Assembly: GCA_963779615.1 (NCBI GenBank)
Contig: CAVZZA010000005.1
Span: 128,001 to 192,000 of the forward strand
Origin: an uncultured Nitrososphaeraceae archaeon
Lineage (GTDB): Archaea > Thermoproteota > Nitrososphaeria > Nitrososphaerales > Nitrososphaeraceae
DNA: 64,000 nt
Direction: 5' to 3'
The notes beneath the pieces were generated by a model. It was not told the origin of the DNA. It ran no database searches and saw only the letters and a list, made by a program, of their open reading frames with translations. Below are positions 49,487 to 61,539 of this stretch, piece by piece. Both the position numbers and the translations under genes were made by a program. The stretch's first letter is position 1. Each line of letters starts with the position of its first letter.

Positions 49487-49864
49487 ATGTTGGGGGATAA
49501 AGACGCATCAGCAAACATTGCTGTTAAAAACTTGGAAACTGCCAGAAAATTTTATGAAGATATTCTCGGCCTGAAGAAAATCGACTCTGAGAGCCATGAA
49601 GTGGTCGTCTATAGGAGTGGCAACTCCACCGTCATTGTTTATCAGTCACAATACGCAGGAAAAAATCAAGCCACGGCTGTGACCTGGGGAGTTCGTGAGG
49701 ACATAGAAGGAACAGTGCAAGGGCTTAAAGACAAGGGAGTCAGATTTGAGCACTATGACATGCCAAACATAACACTAAAAGGAGACATCCACGTTCATGG
49801 TAACATGAAGGTTGCATGGTTCAAGGATCCCGATGGCAACATCCTCAGCCTAATAAATGAATAA
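49487..49864 (+). CDS. VOC (glyoxalase/bleomycin-resistance) family protein
   Basis: IAVKNLETARKFYEDILGL, GVRFEHYD, VAWFKDPDGNIL. Confidence 0.92.
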   Translation: MLGDKDASANIAVKNLETARKFYEDILGLKKIDSESHEVVVYRSGNSTVIVYQSQYAGKNQATAVTWGVREDIEGTVQGLKDKGVRFEHYDMPNITLKGDIHVHGNMKVAWFKDPDGNILSLINE

Positions 49865-50222
49865 TGACAATTAAAGGGACGAAAAAGATTGGAATTTCCA
49901 AAGACACAATATCCTTCCTTTTTTAGTTTCGAAAATGACTCGGAAACCATCGGGGCCGTTAACCACATGGATTCAATTGTTTTTTCAGGTCCAATACCAT
50001 CGAAGGGAAAGGAAAGAGACAAAACGATGCCCGCCAAGTCAACAACAACCATCACAGGCACAGAGAATAAGGCAAAGAATCAGGTCAGACAGGCAACTGA
50101 CAGAGGAAGTTTTTTAAAAGAAATATATTTTCACATTCGCCATTAAAACATAATTTTTATGGTTAAATCTTTTAAACATAATGGATTAGAAAAAGATAAA
50201 ATTATTTGCATAAAGAAATTTT

Positions 50223-50990
50223 TTATTTGTGATCATTTATAATATGTCTATAATACAAACACCATTTAACCATATTCACATATCGGAAAACTACCAGAAT
50301 GGGCAATTTAGTTAAATAATTTTCTTCAGGATTTTCGACTATTGAATGAGTGGTGGCATTAGCCTTCCCTTTAAAAGGTTTGACTTTTTCTAAAAATTTT
50401 AAAATTAGATGAGTATCTGGCTCAAAGTCATCCTTACGTTCTGCTAAATTATCCAATAAAATTGAAAAATCATGGAACCTTTTATTTTTATTATCAAAAT
50501 ATATATTAATATTTGAACCTATTCTTTGGGGATATTTTTTTCGTAACACGTCTATAACCAAATTTTCAATATATTTTCTTGTTAATATTAAAGTGCTTGT
50601 AAATAAACCAATTTTCCAAGCGAAATTGATTTCTTTCCGTAATTCGTGGTAAAAGTGTTCTGTCGGTATAGAGATTATCAAATCTTTACGATTACTAGGA
50701 AAAGATATTGTTTTTCTGTAATTGTCCAATTTATATGACTTAGAAGTTGCATCATAAATTATTCCATTTTGTTTTAAAAACCCCAAAAATTCATTTATTG
50801 GTTCCTCATCTTTAGAAAATACGTAAGAACTATCTCTATTAACTGTAGATATATCATCAAAATCAAAAGTATCCTGAACATGAATAAGATTACAAAAACA
50901 AATTGTATTCAAGTATTCATTTTCGATTTCGATTTTTATAGAATCCAATCCTTTCAATGAAGAAATATCAGATAATTCTGAAATATCCAT
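50223..50990 (-). CDS. Hypothetical protein with C-terminal HEPN-like (DUF4145-like) domain
   Basis: EINFAWK.GLFTSTLILTRKYIENL...KGKANATTHS resembles the HEPN R/K-x4-6-H layout. Confidence 0.55.
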   Translation of the reverse strand: MDISELSDISSLKGLDSIKIEIENEYLNTICFCNLIHVQDTFDFDDISTVNRDSSYVFSKDEEPINEFLGFLKQNGIIYDATSKSYKLDNYRKTISFPSNRKDLIISIPTEHFYHELRKEINFAWKIGLFTSTLILTRKYIENLVIDVLRKKYPQRIGSNINIYFDNKNKRFHDFSILLDNLAERKDDFEPDTHLILKFLEKVKPFKGKANATTHSIVENPEENYLTKLPILVVFRYVNMVKWCLYYRHIINDHK

Positions 50991-51033
50991 TAATCCATTA
51001 TTTTTTTCTGCCTTTATCAGACGGATAGCTATC

Positions 51034-51950
51034 TCACTTTTTTAATATTTTACATTTATCCATTGCTTGCAATTTGGTTTTTGAAAATTGAACTAATTCT
51101 TTATGTATTAAAGATCTATAGACCAAACTATTTTTTTCTCTTTTAAAATCAAGGATTTTGCAAGGAATTGGAAAAACAAATTTCAAAGTAATTGCATTGG
51201 TTAATCCGCTTATATCGAAAATATTTTTTAAATCATCAAGATTGTCAAACCCAAAATATTTTGATTTTATTCCTTTATTTTTAAGATAAGTCAATGGTGT
51301 ATTAATGAGAGTATCAAAAACTAATTCACCAATCAATTCAGGAAAACCATCTTTGTTAATTGGTTCATCAGATGAGGGTTTTAGTATAATATTATTAGTA
51401 ACGTCAAGATTTGATATCATTATTCTTGCATTTGTTTCCAAAAAGAAAATAGAACCTTTTCTTAAATCTTCTAGAAATAAAGGTAAGTCATTATAATCTT
51501 TAGCCTCCATGATTATTTTCACTTCTTTAGGCTCAGTAAAATTCAGATATTCTTTTTTATTACTATGAATATTTTCAACGGTTTCTTTATCAAATAAGGT
51601 ATGCCGAATCCTAGGCCCAGAGGCACGCCCTTTATCATATTCATGAAAAGCAGAAAATGCTAAAATTTCTAGACTCTAAAGATGAAGACGAAGATATGAA
51701 TTTCTCTCATGAAGTTTATTTATTTACAGAAATATTTATGAAATAGGTAAAAGCTTTTTCCTCATCAATACTATTGCTAATTAATCTAATTTGTTTTCTG
51801 CTTGTCCTTATATCAACTAGATACAGATCAAGAAATGGTGTTAGAAAATGGTGATTATCACCACATGGAATGATTACCTGTAAGAGATTAAAATAAGCCT
51901 TTTGGTCATGCAACCCTAAATTCCAAATAACGCAGCATATTTACCTTTTT
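51034..51950 (-). pseudogene. Fragmented hypothetical gene (5' limit uncertain)
   Basis: ORF 51034-51522 extends upstream in frame (LEILAFSAFHEYDKGRASGPRIRHTLF) to a stop, then meets ORF 51716-51913 through a frameshift. Confidence 0.55.
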
Positions 51951-52265
51951 TGAAGATTCCCTCATGCCAATTGTTTTTACGGTATGGTCAAACATTTAAA
52001 AATCAATATAATCGATTTTTAAAAATATGACAAGATTCTGATATCTTCTATTATAAATCACCAGTTAGTTGTAAGAGTAAGACTCACTTAAAAAACCTTT
52101 AAACTGCATTATTTTACTTCCATCAATAAATATAAAAAAGAAACCGCGATAGGACATATGCTCAACCTAATTGGCAGTTTCTATTTGTATTTGATAGCAA
52201 AAAAAAATGTTGAAAATAAAAGAGCAAGATTCAATGATTACGCTTATTCCCATAGACAAATATAG

Positions 52266-52567
52266 AACAGAATCGAGTGGATAGAAGCACTGTTGAAAAC
52301 TCCTTTTAAAGATAACAGGAAATTTTGTATGTGGCGGATATTAATACCTTATTTAAAAAATGTCAAAAAATTGAACGATGAAGAAACTACTGATATTACT
52401 GAAATGGCTCGATGGCTGTAACAGTTATTGACTGACGTGTGATTTGAATACATGTGAGAAAATAAAAGAAGATTTGAGAAATGTTAGACTGACAAACCCA
52501 TTAATCGTCAAAGTTTAAAGGAGACAAATGCAATATTATGTGACACGATTGTAATGACTAAATGGTA
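52266..52567 (+). pseudogene. PriX-like (primase non-catalytic subunit) domain remnant
   Basis: Hand translation NRIEWIEALLKTPFKDNRKFCMWRILIPYLKNVKKL, then after a frameshift LLKWLDGCNS; matches the WIE.LL..P..D.RK....RIL.PYL.NV.KL...WL..C pattern. Confidence 0.7.
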
Positions 52568-52750
52568 ATCTCTATTTATGTATAAATGATTACGCCTCAT
52601 CTTAATCATTTATTTAATTTATTTTTATTGGCTTTGGAACATAAAAATGCAATTCTTGCTCAATCAAATAAGAGATAAATAATATATTTACAGTTAAAAA
52701 ATAAAAGAGGAAAATGATTATACGGGTCTAAAACATTTATTACTTAATTT

Positions 52751-53440
52751 AGAGCCTATCCCAAAATTATCTTTCTGTAGTAAATCATAGAAAATAGAAC
52801 TATTACCTGTACAAGGTATTCTCGTCGTTTTTTTCTATCTTCCACGTTTTGTGACGTGTTGTGCCATGAGTTGGTTCTCTCCACAACCCATCTTCTAGCA
52901 GGATGTTTTTTTCGATTTGACATCTTTTGTGTTTTTGTCTTGACCTCTCCTCTTTTTCACTGGCACGGTAAATATGGTACATATCCTCGGATAATAATGT
53001 CCTGTTTTACTGTCTTGGAATTGTACGCTTTATCAAGGCATAGATGTTGCAGTTTTCTTTTTCTAGACATGTTACGTTTCGTTGTTGATGATGATGATGA
53101 TCGTTTGATAATTGTATTATCCATTACATCTGTTACCAGTTTTATATCATGAGTGCTTGCGGATGATATGACAGACTGAGAGTGGGATTCCTTTTGTATC
53201 TGTTAAAATATGCCTTTTTGTGCCCAGTTTGCCTCTGTCGGTGGGATTGCTTCCGGTCATCGCCCCCCTAAGGGTGACTTTATGGATATGCTGTCAAGGG
53301 ATTGCCATGTCCACTTGATACCCAGTTAGATCATCATATATTATGAGTAGCCTAATCCATACCTTTTTGAAAATGTCTAACTCAACCCACCTCTGAAATC
53401 GCCTATGACATGTGGAACCTGAACCATACTGTGCAGGGCT
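52751..53440 (-). mobile_element. IS5-family (IS427-like) element remnant; transposase is 5'-truncated and frameshifted
   Basis: Minus-strand fragments STCHRRFQRW, WQSLDS, TGSNPTDRGKLGTKRHILTD..GIPL, HLCLDKAY, RRWVVERTNSWHN; terminal-repeat-like AGAGCCTATCCCAAAA at 52751-52766. Confidence 0.85.
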
Positions 53441-53736
53441 TTGTAAAGTTAACGGACAGCCTCCTTACCATCATCAAATGAAAACGTAGCCTCAAGCCTT
53501 GTAATAAGGGATGAATTATATGTAAGTTTTTTTGGTGAGGCAGGTAGAAAAATCATACTGGATTCATATAGATAAAATATAGAATTGACGGAATTGATAC
53601 TGTAAGTGATTCGAACGTTTTTAATATCTCTCCTTTTTTGACAAAATGGGTCATGTTATAGGTGTTGCATAGAAGGTAGGAGGGATAGAAAACCTTAAAA
53701 AAATAATAGACCAAATCCAAATCAGACTTTATAGAG

Positions 53737-55825
53737 ATGAGTAGAACAGATTTAGCATCTGATATCATGCGTGCAGCAAATATCATGAGATCTGATGATG
53801 GAACAACTGGAATTTACGAATATATCGAGCAGATCTCGTGGATGTCTTTTTTTAAGGTATATGAGGATCTAGAAGAGAGATTTGAATCGGAACATCAACT
53901 AGATGGAAAACAGTATGAACGAGTAATACCAAAGGAATTCAGTTGGTCAGAATGGACTAGGACAAATTGGAAAAAACAAAAGAGCTTTTAGAATTTATAG
54001 ACAATAGGTTATTTCCATTTTTAGGCTCCCTAAAAGGAACACCTGAACGCAATACAATTGGATCAATTTTTTCAGAAGTTAAACGGAACAAAATGAAATC
54101 CCCATATAATTTAAAAGACGTTGTAGACATAATCAATAAAATTGATTTTAATAATATTGAAGATACTCATATTTTATCCAGATTTTATGAGGATTTACGA
54201 GCGAAATTAGGAAGAGAAAGTGGCATTGCTGGAGAAATTTATACCCCACGACCGATTGTCAGATTGATGGCTAAAGTGGTTTATCTGAACAAAATCTAGC
54301 CAATGGAAAATATGTAGAATGTTCATCCCTTCCGAGGAATCGTGTGGTTTTTGATAGAGTCATATAATCATATTCTTAAAAAAGGTAAAGTTTCTGCAAA
54401 GAATTATAGAGATTTGCAGAGTGGAGTTTTCTATGGGTCGAGAAAAAAAATCCTTACCTTACCTACTTGGAATGATGAATTGTATATTACATGGATTATT
54501 GACTCCCAACATTGTAAGAAAGAATGCGTTAAATGAAAATATACTTAATTATGGACCTAAAGATAAATTCACACATGTCTTCACAAATCCACCTTTTGGG
54601 CAAAAGAGGGAAAAAATATTCAAGAGAACTTTCCTGTGAAAATTCAGAGAACGGAGATTCTTGCTTTACAATCTATCATGCGCAGGCTTATTGAAGGAGG
54701 TAAATGTGCAATTGTTGTGCCAGAACCTATTCTATGGAGACTGAAAAATATCTCAAAGTAAGAAAAGAGTTATTAAATAATTTTAATATACATACAATAA
54801 TTAGTCTCCCAGCTGGGGTTTTTGCCAATGTTACCTCATCGGGTTTAGGGCCAAAAACTAATTTAGTATTTTTTGACAAGAATGGTATTACAAAAGGATA
54901 TGGTATTATGAATTGACCCATCCAGATAATAAGATTTATTCTAGAGTTAATCCTATTAAAGATGAGGATTTGATTGATTGTTTTACCAAGTGGAAGAAAA
55001 AAGAAGAATCATCAAATTCCTGGATAATTAAAAGAGAAGAAATCAACGAAGAATGTGATTTGGCCGCAAACAACCCAAGCGTTATTTTAGGGTTTATAAC
55101 ACAGGATCCAAAAAAACTAGTAAGTCAGATAATAGAAAAGGAGAGAAGAATTCCATCTTACCTTGAAGAAATTGATAGAATTCTTTATGATACAGATAAG
55201 GATGATAAAATCTTTGAAAATTGGCCATATGAACCTATTAGCGAATCTCTAGAGTGTGATGGTATACAATCGGGATTTGCTTGTTCTAGAAAAAATTTAA
55301 TTAAAGTGGGTATACCACATCTGCGGCCTTACAATGTAGGAACTGATGGAAAATAGGATTTTTCAGAAATTGCATATCTGCCTGAAAAATTGGTTGATAT
55401 AGAGACATACCGTTTAAAAAAGGGAGACATTATCTTCAATAATACAAATAGCAAAGACTTGTTGGAAAATCTGCAATAGTAGAACACGACCTTGAATGTG
55501 GTTTTAGCAACCACCTGACTAGATTGCGAGTTAAAGCCACAAAAATTAGACCTGAATGGCTTCTCCTAACACTGAGATTAAATTGGTTGTCGGGATATTT
55601 CCTCAAGAAAAGTCGAAAGTGGAAAGGTCAAGTTGGTTTTTATCTTTCCTCCATTGGTTAAGAATAAGTATCCCAATCCCCCCACTTAATATCCAAGAGA
55701 AGATAATTGATGACATCCACAAGTCCACTAAATATTTAGAAAACGTGTATAATCTCAGGAAAGAAATAGAAAGCGAATATGAAGGTTCTAAGACCTTCTA
55801 TATTCAAATATTTTATATTAAATAA
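53737..55825 (+). pseudogene. hsdM: Type I-like restriction-modification HsdM methyltransferase continuing into an HsdS target-recognition domain; heavily broken
   Basis: YIEQISWM, GEIYTPRPIV, FTNPPFG, HTIISLPAGVF...KTNLVFF; then IQSGFAC, LKKGDIIFNNTNS, IPIPPLNIQEKI; many frameshifts and stops. Confidence 0.88.
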
Positions 55826-55961
55826 GTCTTGCGTACCCTTTAACAATTTTTAATATCTTAATTTACACTGAATCCACAAAACTCAGCAAATCTGTTTTTT
55901 GATTAATTTTGGTATAAAAATCAAAAACTCTTAATTAGAGATAACCTTAATGAATTAAATA

Positions 55962-56490
55962 ATGAATAAAACATGGTATGTTGCATCTGTGGCTGTTTTT
56001 GCAATTTTCGGGATTTCTGTGACATATAGCATTTATGGCCAAACAACTACAAAATATATTGCAATTTTGAATGGAGATAATGTTTTACCACCAGTTAAAA
56101 CAAATGGCTTTGGGATTGCAGAAATAGTATTTAATAACACAGGCCCCATGAGATTCAATCATGAAGCATATTATAACACTACATTTTACAACTTATCGCC
56201 TATTAAAACCATTGAATTGAAGAATGAAGCAGAAGGTTTTACTGGAACTCCGGTTTTTAAAGATTTTGCCATTCCAAAGCATGACGATAAGCAAAATACG
56301 CTATCAATAAATGGAACTTTTGATGACAATACAAAATTTTTGACTTCATTAAGCTAGAAAAGGGGAGTCTACACTTGGGGCACTTGAAAGAGAAATGGGA
56401 GACAATCAGATATATGTCCAAGTTTATACTGAAGATCATCCTCAGGGAGAACTACGCGGACAATTTTATGGGGGATATACAAATAAGTAG
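55962..56490 (+). CDS. Secreted CHRD-domain protein, one extra base at ~56351
   Basis: Signal peptide; AILNGDNVLPPVKTNGFGIA; +1 frame continues ...IYVQVYTEDHPQGELRGQF to TAG at 56490. Confidence 0.8.
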
Positions 56491-56539
56491 ATCGTAATTA
56501 ATTAAGTGGTCTTGATCGAAAATAATTGATCAATGTTTT

Positions 56540-58130
56540 TTAATATGGATATTTTTTGTAATATAATAACCGCACAATTATTGTATAATACCCGTATGAA
56601 AAACAAAATATACTTATGATATAAGATAACATGTACAATATTTGATTGTTTATGTTGTTTCCAATAAAAACTCCAGAAAATTCATCCTTCTCATTTAATT
56701 CAAATGAGTGATTTGTCAAAAAATTTATAGAAATAAGAAAGATGACAAACGGAATTAACAAAGGCAAGAATTTCAATAACTTATTTCTAAATAATGAATG
56801 GGGTTCGACCCACAACGGAGCGAGAATGGATATTTTTTTTTCATCTGAAGACTCAAGACTAGAATCCTTAGTTACATGTTTTTCCAATCCCTTTCTTAAC
56901 AAAATTGCGTCCCCCAGCAAAGAGGCGGTTACGAAAAACCCTATCGCTATCCCTATAAGAAAGAATGAAATAGCATCATTAATAGTGAATGGTATCTTGC
57001 CAAATGGAAATTCAACCTCTTTAAGTCTGTCTATGGTTTCATTCTTTTTTAACTCTAAAATGGCAATCTTATCATTTAATAACCCCATGCTTTTATTAAA
57101 GGAATCTGATTGTATTTTGATAATATTCGTGATTTCATTAAAAGTTGGATTAACTTTTTTTAATTCTTTAGTAACATTTGTTAAAATATTGCTGAAATTT
57201 CTTTCAGTAAGAATTTTTTCTTTATTTATAAGGCTAAACCCACTAATCGTTGAACGCTGTGTTAAATTTTTCAAAATAATAATTTTTTAGGATAGGAAGA
57301 CTATTATTCAATTTATTCAGATTTTGGTTTATTTTTAATATTCTTACAAAAGAAGAGTTATCTAATGGCTGAGAGGTTAACTGCATTTGTTTACTAAAAT
57401 TATCAATATTTTTTTGTAAAACATTAATTTGTTCAGTGTGATTGTCAAATAAAACATTAATTTTATTTTTTAAATTACCATTTAACCAAAATGGGCTTCC
57501 GACATAGTATGATGATCCATAAAACTCTAATGACGATATTCCATTTTTATCCAAAACAGGAGAAACATAATTCTCTTTGTATGATTTGGGAACAAAATCT
57601 GCATAGGCGTTATGCTGTCCGGTTTGAATACTATTATTATAAAAAGATAAAATTGTAGAATTGTTTTTCACAAATTTTGTATTGGTATCCTTGGCCTTAG
57701 CAATAATATAACATATATCCCACTTCCCAACTGCACTGTCCTTAATGTATTGTTTAACATCGGCTGATTTAGCAGTTGTAGTTTGGATTAAGCGTTGTGC
57801 ATATTTATGATCATCACATTTTCTCACATTGTCAACCACTGAATCAGTTATACCTTTATAATAATTTACAATTGTTTTATTGTCATTGTATATGGTGTCA
57901 TTAAGATGAAGTATATTATTTTTAAAAATCAATAAGTTATTTTCTAAATTTCTTGTTGAAATAATTTGATTTATTAATTCATGTGTTTTATCCAATATAG
58001 AAAAATAAGGCAAAAATATAAAAAAAAAGAAAAAAATGGTTACACCCAACAGTATGGCAAAAGAGCGATTAAAGTTTTTTGTCTTTTCCTGAAACAAACT
58101 AAATCTTGTATCAAAGTCATCAAATGCCAC
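56540..58130 (-). CDS. Large hypothetical membrane protein, split by a frameshift at ~57270
   Basis: ORFs 57243-58130 and 56540-57274 overlap in different frames across A/T runs; one N-terminal TM, long Asn-rich/coiled-coil region, about three C-terminal TMs. Confidence 0.6.
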
Positions 58131-58897
58131 AATTTTCGTATAGGGAGTAATTACTTAAGTTTATTGTTTGATTTTGGATATTAAATGCATAGCACATAAG
58201 CAAAATTTATCTATAAATACTTCATGCCATTAGATAATCGGTTTACATTTTTAGGACCTACTGAAACAGCATTTCAAATACATGGCACTCATAAAGATAG
58301 ATACATAGATAACAGGTATCGATATATTAATCAGAGGCAAATATAAGCCAGGAATTACAGTTTGAGGTATATAGAAGATAGGGTACAAAATAACGAAAAT
58401 AGAGAATACCAATCTAAAATATAATCAATATATGAAACTACAAGTAGCGGTATAGAGTTCAAGTTCTACCCCCGACCACAAACAGGAAATTATAATCCAA
58501 ACTCATTTGTTAATAATCCATATATTCAACAATCCCCAAGCATACCTGATGGATTCAAATCCCATACTTCGCCTTTTTGGCATTTAAAATAGGTGATTTG
58601 GTGAGTGGATTGCTGACCAGTCATAATTTGGTATTTTTCCATGTTGCTTTTGATTAGAATCAATATGGTTTTGAAAAACCATGATTCAGACAAGTTCCTC
58701 AATGTTTCCCTAACTTGCCCTAAAAAATCCAACTCAATAGCTTGACTAAAAAATTATGGGAAATTCTATTAAATAATCATCTCAACTTATTTCATAATGA
58801 AATTTTGTTAATCTTTATAGGCTAACAATTTCAGTGGGAACTTTACATATAAAGTGACTGATTCCATTTATACCAATAAAAGTATGTCATCTCATCA

Positions 58898-59493
58898 ATG
58901 AAAAATACAAATAAATTGGTGATGATGGCAACAATTACGGTATTACTAATTATGGGAACAAGCATAATTCCGATGCAATCGTATGCAGAAAGTGGCAGTA
59001 ATGACGAACATAAAAAAAATGACGACAATAAATCAAAGACAAGTGCAAGCTCTCAAACAGACAAAAAAAGAGTAAGCCAGCACCTGGACCAAGACAATGT
59101 GTGTTATAGGGGAAATGAAAGCTGCACACAAGCCAATGGAGGCCAACAGATAATAGGCAAAGACAATGACGCAGTTGGATTCAATGACCAAAGTAATAAT
59201 GCTCCACAATCCACACCATCCACTGCAACACCAACACCATCCACTGCAACACCAACAACCTGTATAGAATGTTTTAGGACTATTTTTACACCAACGCAGA
59301 TAGGTGATATTGAAACTAGTCAAGAAGATATTATAGTTACAATTAGAGAAATTTGTGAAGCAATTGGATACAGGAGAAGTATTCCAGGACAATCTTGTAT
59401 AGCGCTTTCTAAGACATTGCAGGGATGGAAGATGCACAAATTAATGAATTGATAGACTGTTTAATAAAAGTAGGAGTTGTATTTAGAACATAG
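58898..59493 (+). CDS. Secreted hypothetical protein with Cys pairs; 3' end frameshifted
   Basis: Signal peptide ending QSYA; QHLDQDNVCYRGNESCTQAN; (TPSTATP)2; CIECF; an alternative frame ends EDAQINELIDCLIKVGVVFRT*. Confidence 0.65.
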
Positions 59494-59886
59494 TTTGGGT
59501 ATTGTCGAAAAGAAATTCCAAATAGTGAATAGGATAACACCTAACCACATATACCTGAATCTTTCAATAGGATTGGCAGAAAATCCTTCTTTTTTTGACA
59601 TACTTAAACAGTGACAAAATTGCCATTGCTGATTGAACATCTGTAGATTATGCAAATTTAAAAAACGAGATATTATTATCAATTGGAGAGTTAATAAGAA
59701 GCCCCCCTTAATCAATAAACCCGATATATAGACATTCAACTTAGTAAACAGTAAAGCCAAGACATACTCTAAAGGAAAAATAAATTATTGCATTATAATT
59801 TATCAGATACAAAAATTATAGGCATAACAAAATAACAAAGCATGATTAAGTTTAAACAATTAATTCAATTTTCCAATCATCATATT

Positions 59887-59941
59887 AATATATTGCAAAA
59901 CATTAAAAAATTGTTATTTTTTTAATGTTTTGCAATATATT
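59887..59941. repeat. Perfect 24-bp inverted repeat with 7-nt spacer
   Basis: AATATATTGCAAAACATTAAAAAA-TTGTTAT-TTTTTTAATGTTTTGCAATATATT. Confidence 0.95.
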
Positions 59942-60018
59942 TAAATTTATTACATAGCAATATTCTAATAGTTTCCACTATAAATGCCAGAGTCGCAGCC
60001 CATCGGGCCTGTTGCAAT

Positions 60019-60790
60019 CTACCATGTTATTGCATAATTGTTTTGGTTGGTGTGGGCTAACTTTTTTTTGCCAATTATCTCAAGCAACAATTTGGATAAT
60101 TCATTTGGAGCCGTAATCATTGCATCATGGCCTCTCCTAAGCTCAAGATAATTCCATGCATCGGCTTCTCCTGATACTACGCTCTTAAACATAGAGTCGC
60201 CAAAATCTGTGAATGTAATGTAGGTTTTGGATAAATCCCAGGATTTGGTATTTTGGATTGTCAAAGGTTCGTCGTGAGTATGAAACGGCATAGGACACAG
60301 GCGACTTGCCATCAAGGAGACATCATCGGGAAAAGTAACCCCAAATTCCTCAGGTGTGTAAGAGAGCACAAGCCATTCCCTACCTTTATCCTTTAATGAC
60401 CTTTGCTCATAGACATCCCTTAACCCAGGTAAGAGATCAAAGGCGCTTTTGCCATCTTGCTGGATATATGCATCAAGGAAGACCATGGACTTAATTCTAT
60501 CAGGCATTCTCTCCGCCACCCACCTATGACCTTACCCCATAGCTATGACCTATTAGGGTAACCTCATGGAGATTTTGGTATTCAAATGCCTGAACGACAT
60601 CTTTGACATGTGTGGACAAGTCAATTTTCTCATACAACAGATGACTTCTTTCTCCCAAACCCGCAAGTGTAGGTGTGTGTATTTCGAAAACACACCCTTT
60701 TAGGAAAGGAATCAGTTTATTCCAGCATCACCCTCCATGACATGACCCATGGACCAAGACAATCGTTTCAGCAGCAGAAACTGTCATCAT
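60019..60790 (-). pseudogene. Alpha/beta hydrolase (methylesterase-like) pseudogene
   Basis: IVLVHGSCHGG*CW (TGA where Trp is expected), TPTLAGLGERSH, LIGHSYG nucleophile motif, frameshift, then VFLDA...GHDAMIT. Confidence 0.85.
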
Positions 60791-61082
60791 CATCCCCATT
60801 AATCGCCTAAAGGAATATTTAAGAAATGTGAAGTAGCCTTAGGGCAGAACCCAACAACACATATGTAAAAAACATAAAAAATCAATACAAACATCAGGCG
60901 GCCACGACTCTATTAACAAATATTTAAATAAAATATTAGGTTTATTGGATCAGAATCCACCCCAGAGGACAGATATAGACTTAAGCCCTCCGGGCCTGAT
61001 ACAATAATGAATTATTTAATTTTATCAAGGTATGAGTGCAATTTTCAGTTGCAGTAGAGGCTAAAGAAACCCGTCTTTGTTT

Positions 61083-61283
61083 TTACCATTGGTTTTTGGG
61101 TTTACAATCTTGATCTATTAACTCATAAATTCTTTCTTGTACAACATCATCAATGTGGTTATCCTTTATGTGCCAAAACATTCGAACTGCCCCACAACAC
61201 TCTTCACTGCAATAAGGGCATTTTCTAACTTGGACCAATCTCGTTTTGTTATACTTGTTATCCGCACTGATCAACAATTCCAT
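61083..61283 (-). CDS. Small C2H2-type zinc-finger protein
   Basis: CPYC-x12-HIKDNH. Confidence 0.65.
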   Translation of the reverse strand: MELLISADNKYNKTRLVQVRKCPYCSEECCGAVRMFWHIKDNHIDDVVQERIYELIDQDCKPKNQW

Positions 61284-61519
61284 AGGTTAATCTATTCAGT
61301 GATATATTTAAGCCTTGGGAATATATTGAAATATCTCCAATATTTTGTTTTTTGAATAAGGGCGTTCTTTCAGATTATCTCATTGCTCCAACAATTATTT
61401 TATGAGGTCTTTAAATTCAATCAGATTGGTGAAAATAACGCATACGAATACCTTTTTCTAGAATGATGTTTTTCAGCGTTCTAAGATTGAGGTTAGAGTC
61501 CCTCTGCTTGACGGTTAAA

Positions 61520-61539
61520 TTCGAATCCCTCCGCCGGCG
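61520..61539 (+). other. tRNA 3'-end fragment (T-loop plus acceptor strand), att-like site
   Basis: TTCGAATCCCTCCGCCGGCG, GC-rich in an AT-rich context, with no 5' tRNA half upstream. Confidence 0.65.

Noticed and set aside
49795-50146. Three overlapping short ORFs after the VOC gene
   Set aside because: Mutually conflicting frames with no recognisable domain
56355-56357. TAG read-through (pyrrolysine) in the CHRD gene
   Set aside because: The conserved C-terminus is in the +1 frame, so this is a frameshift rather than read-through
60720-60740. TGA recoding in the alpha/beta hydrolase
   Set aside because: It replaces a conserved Trp codon (TGG to TGA) and the gene also has a frameshift; simple decay explains it
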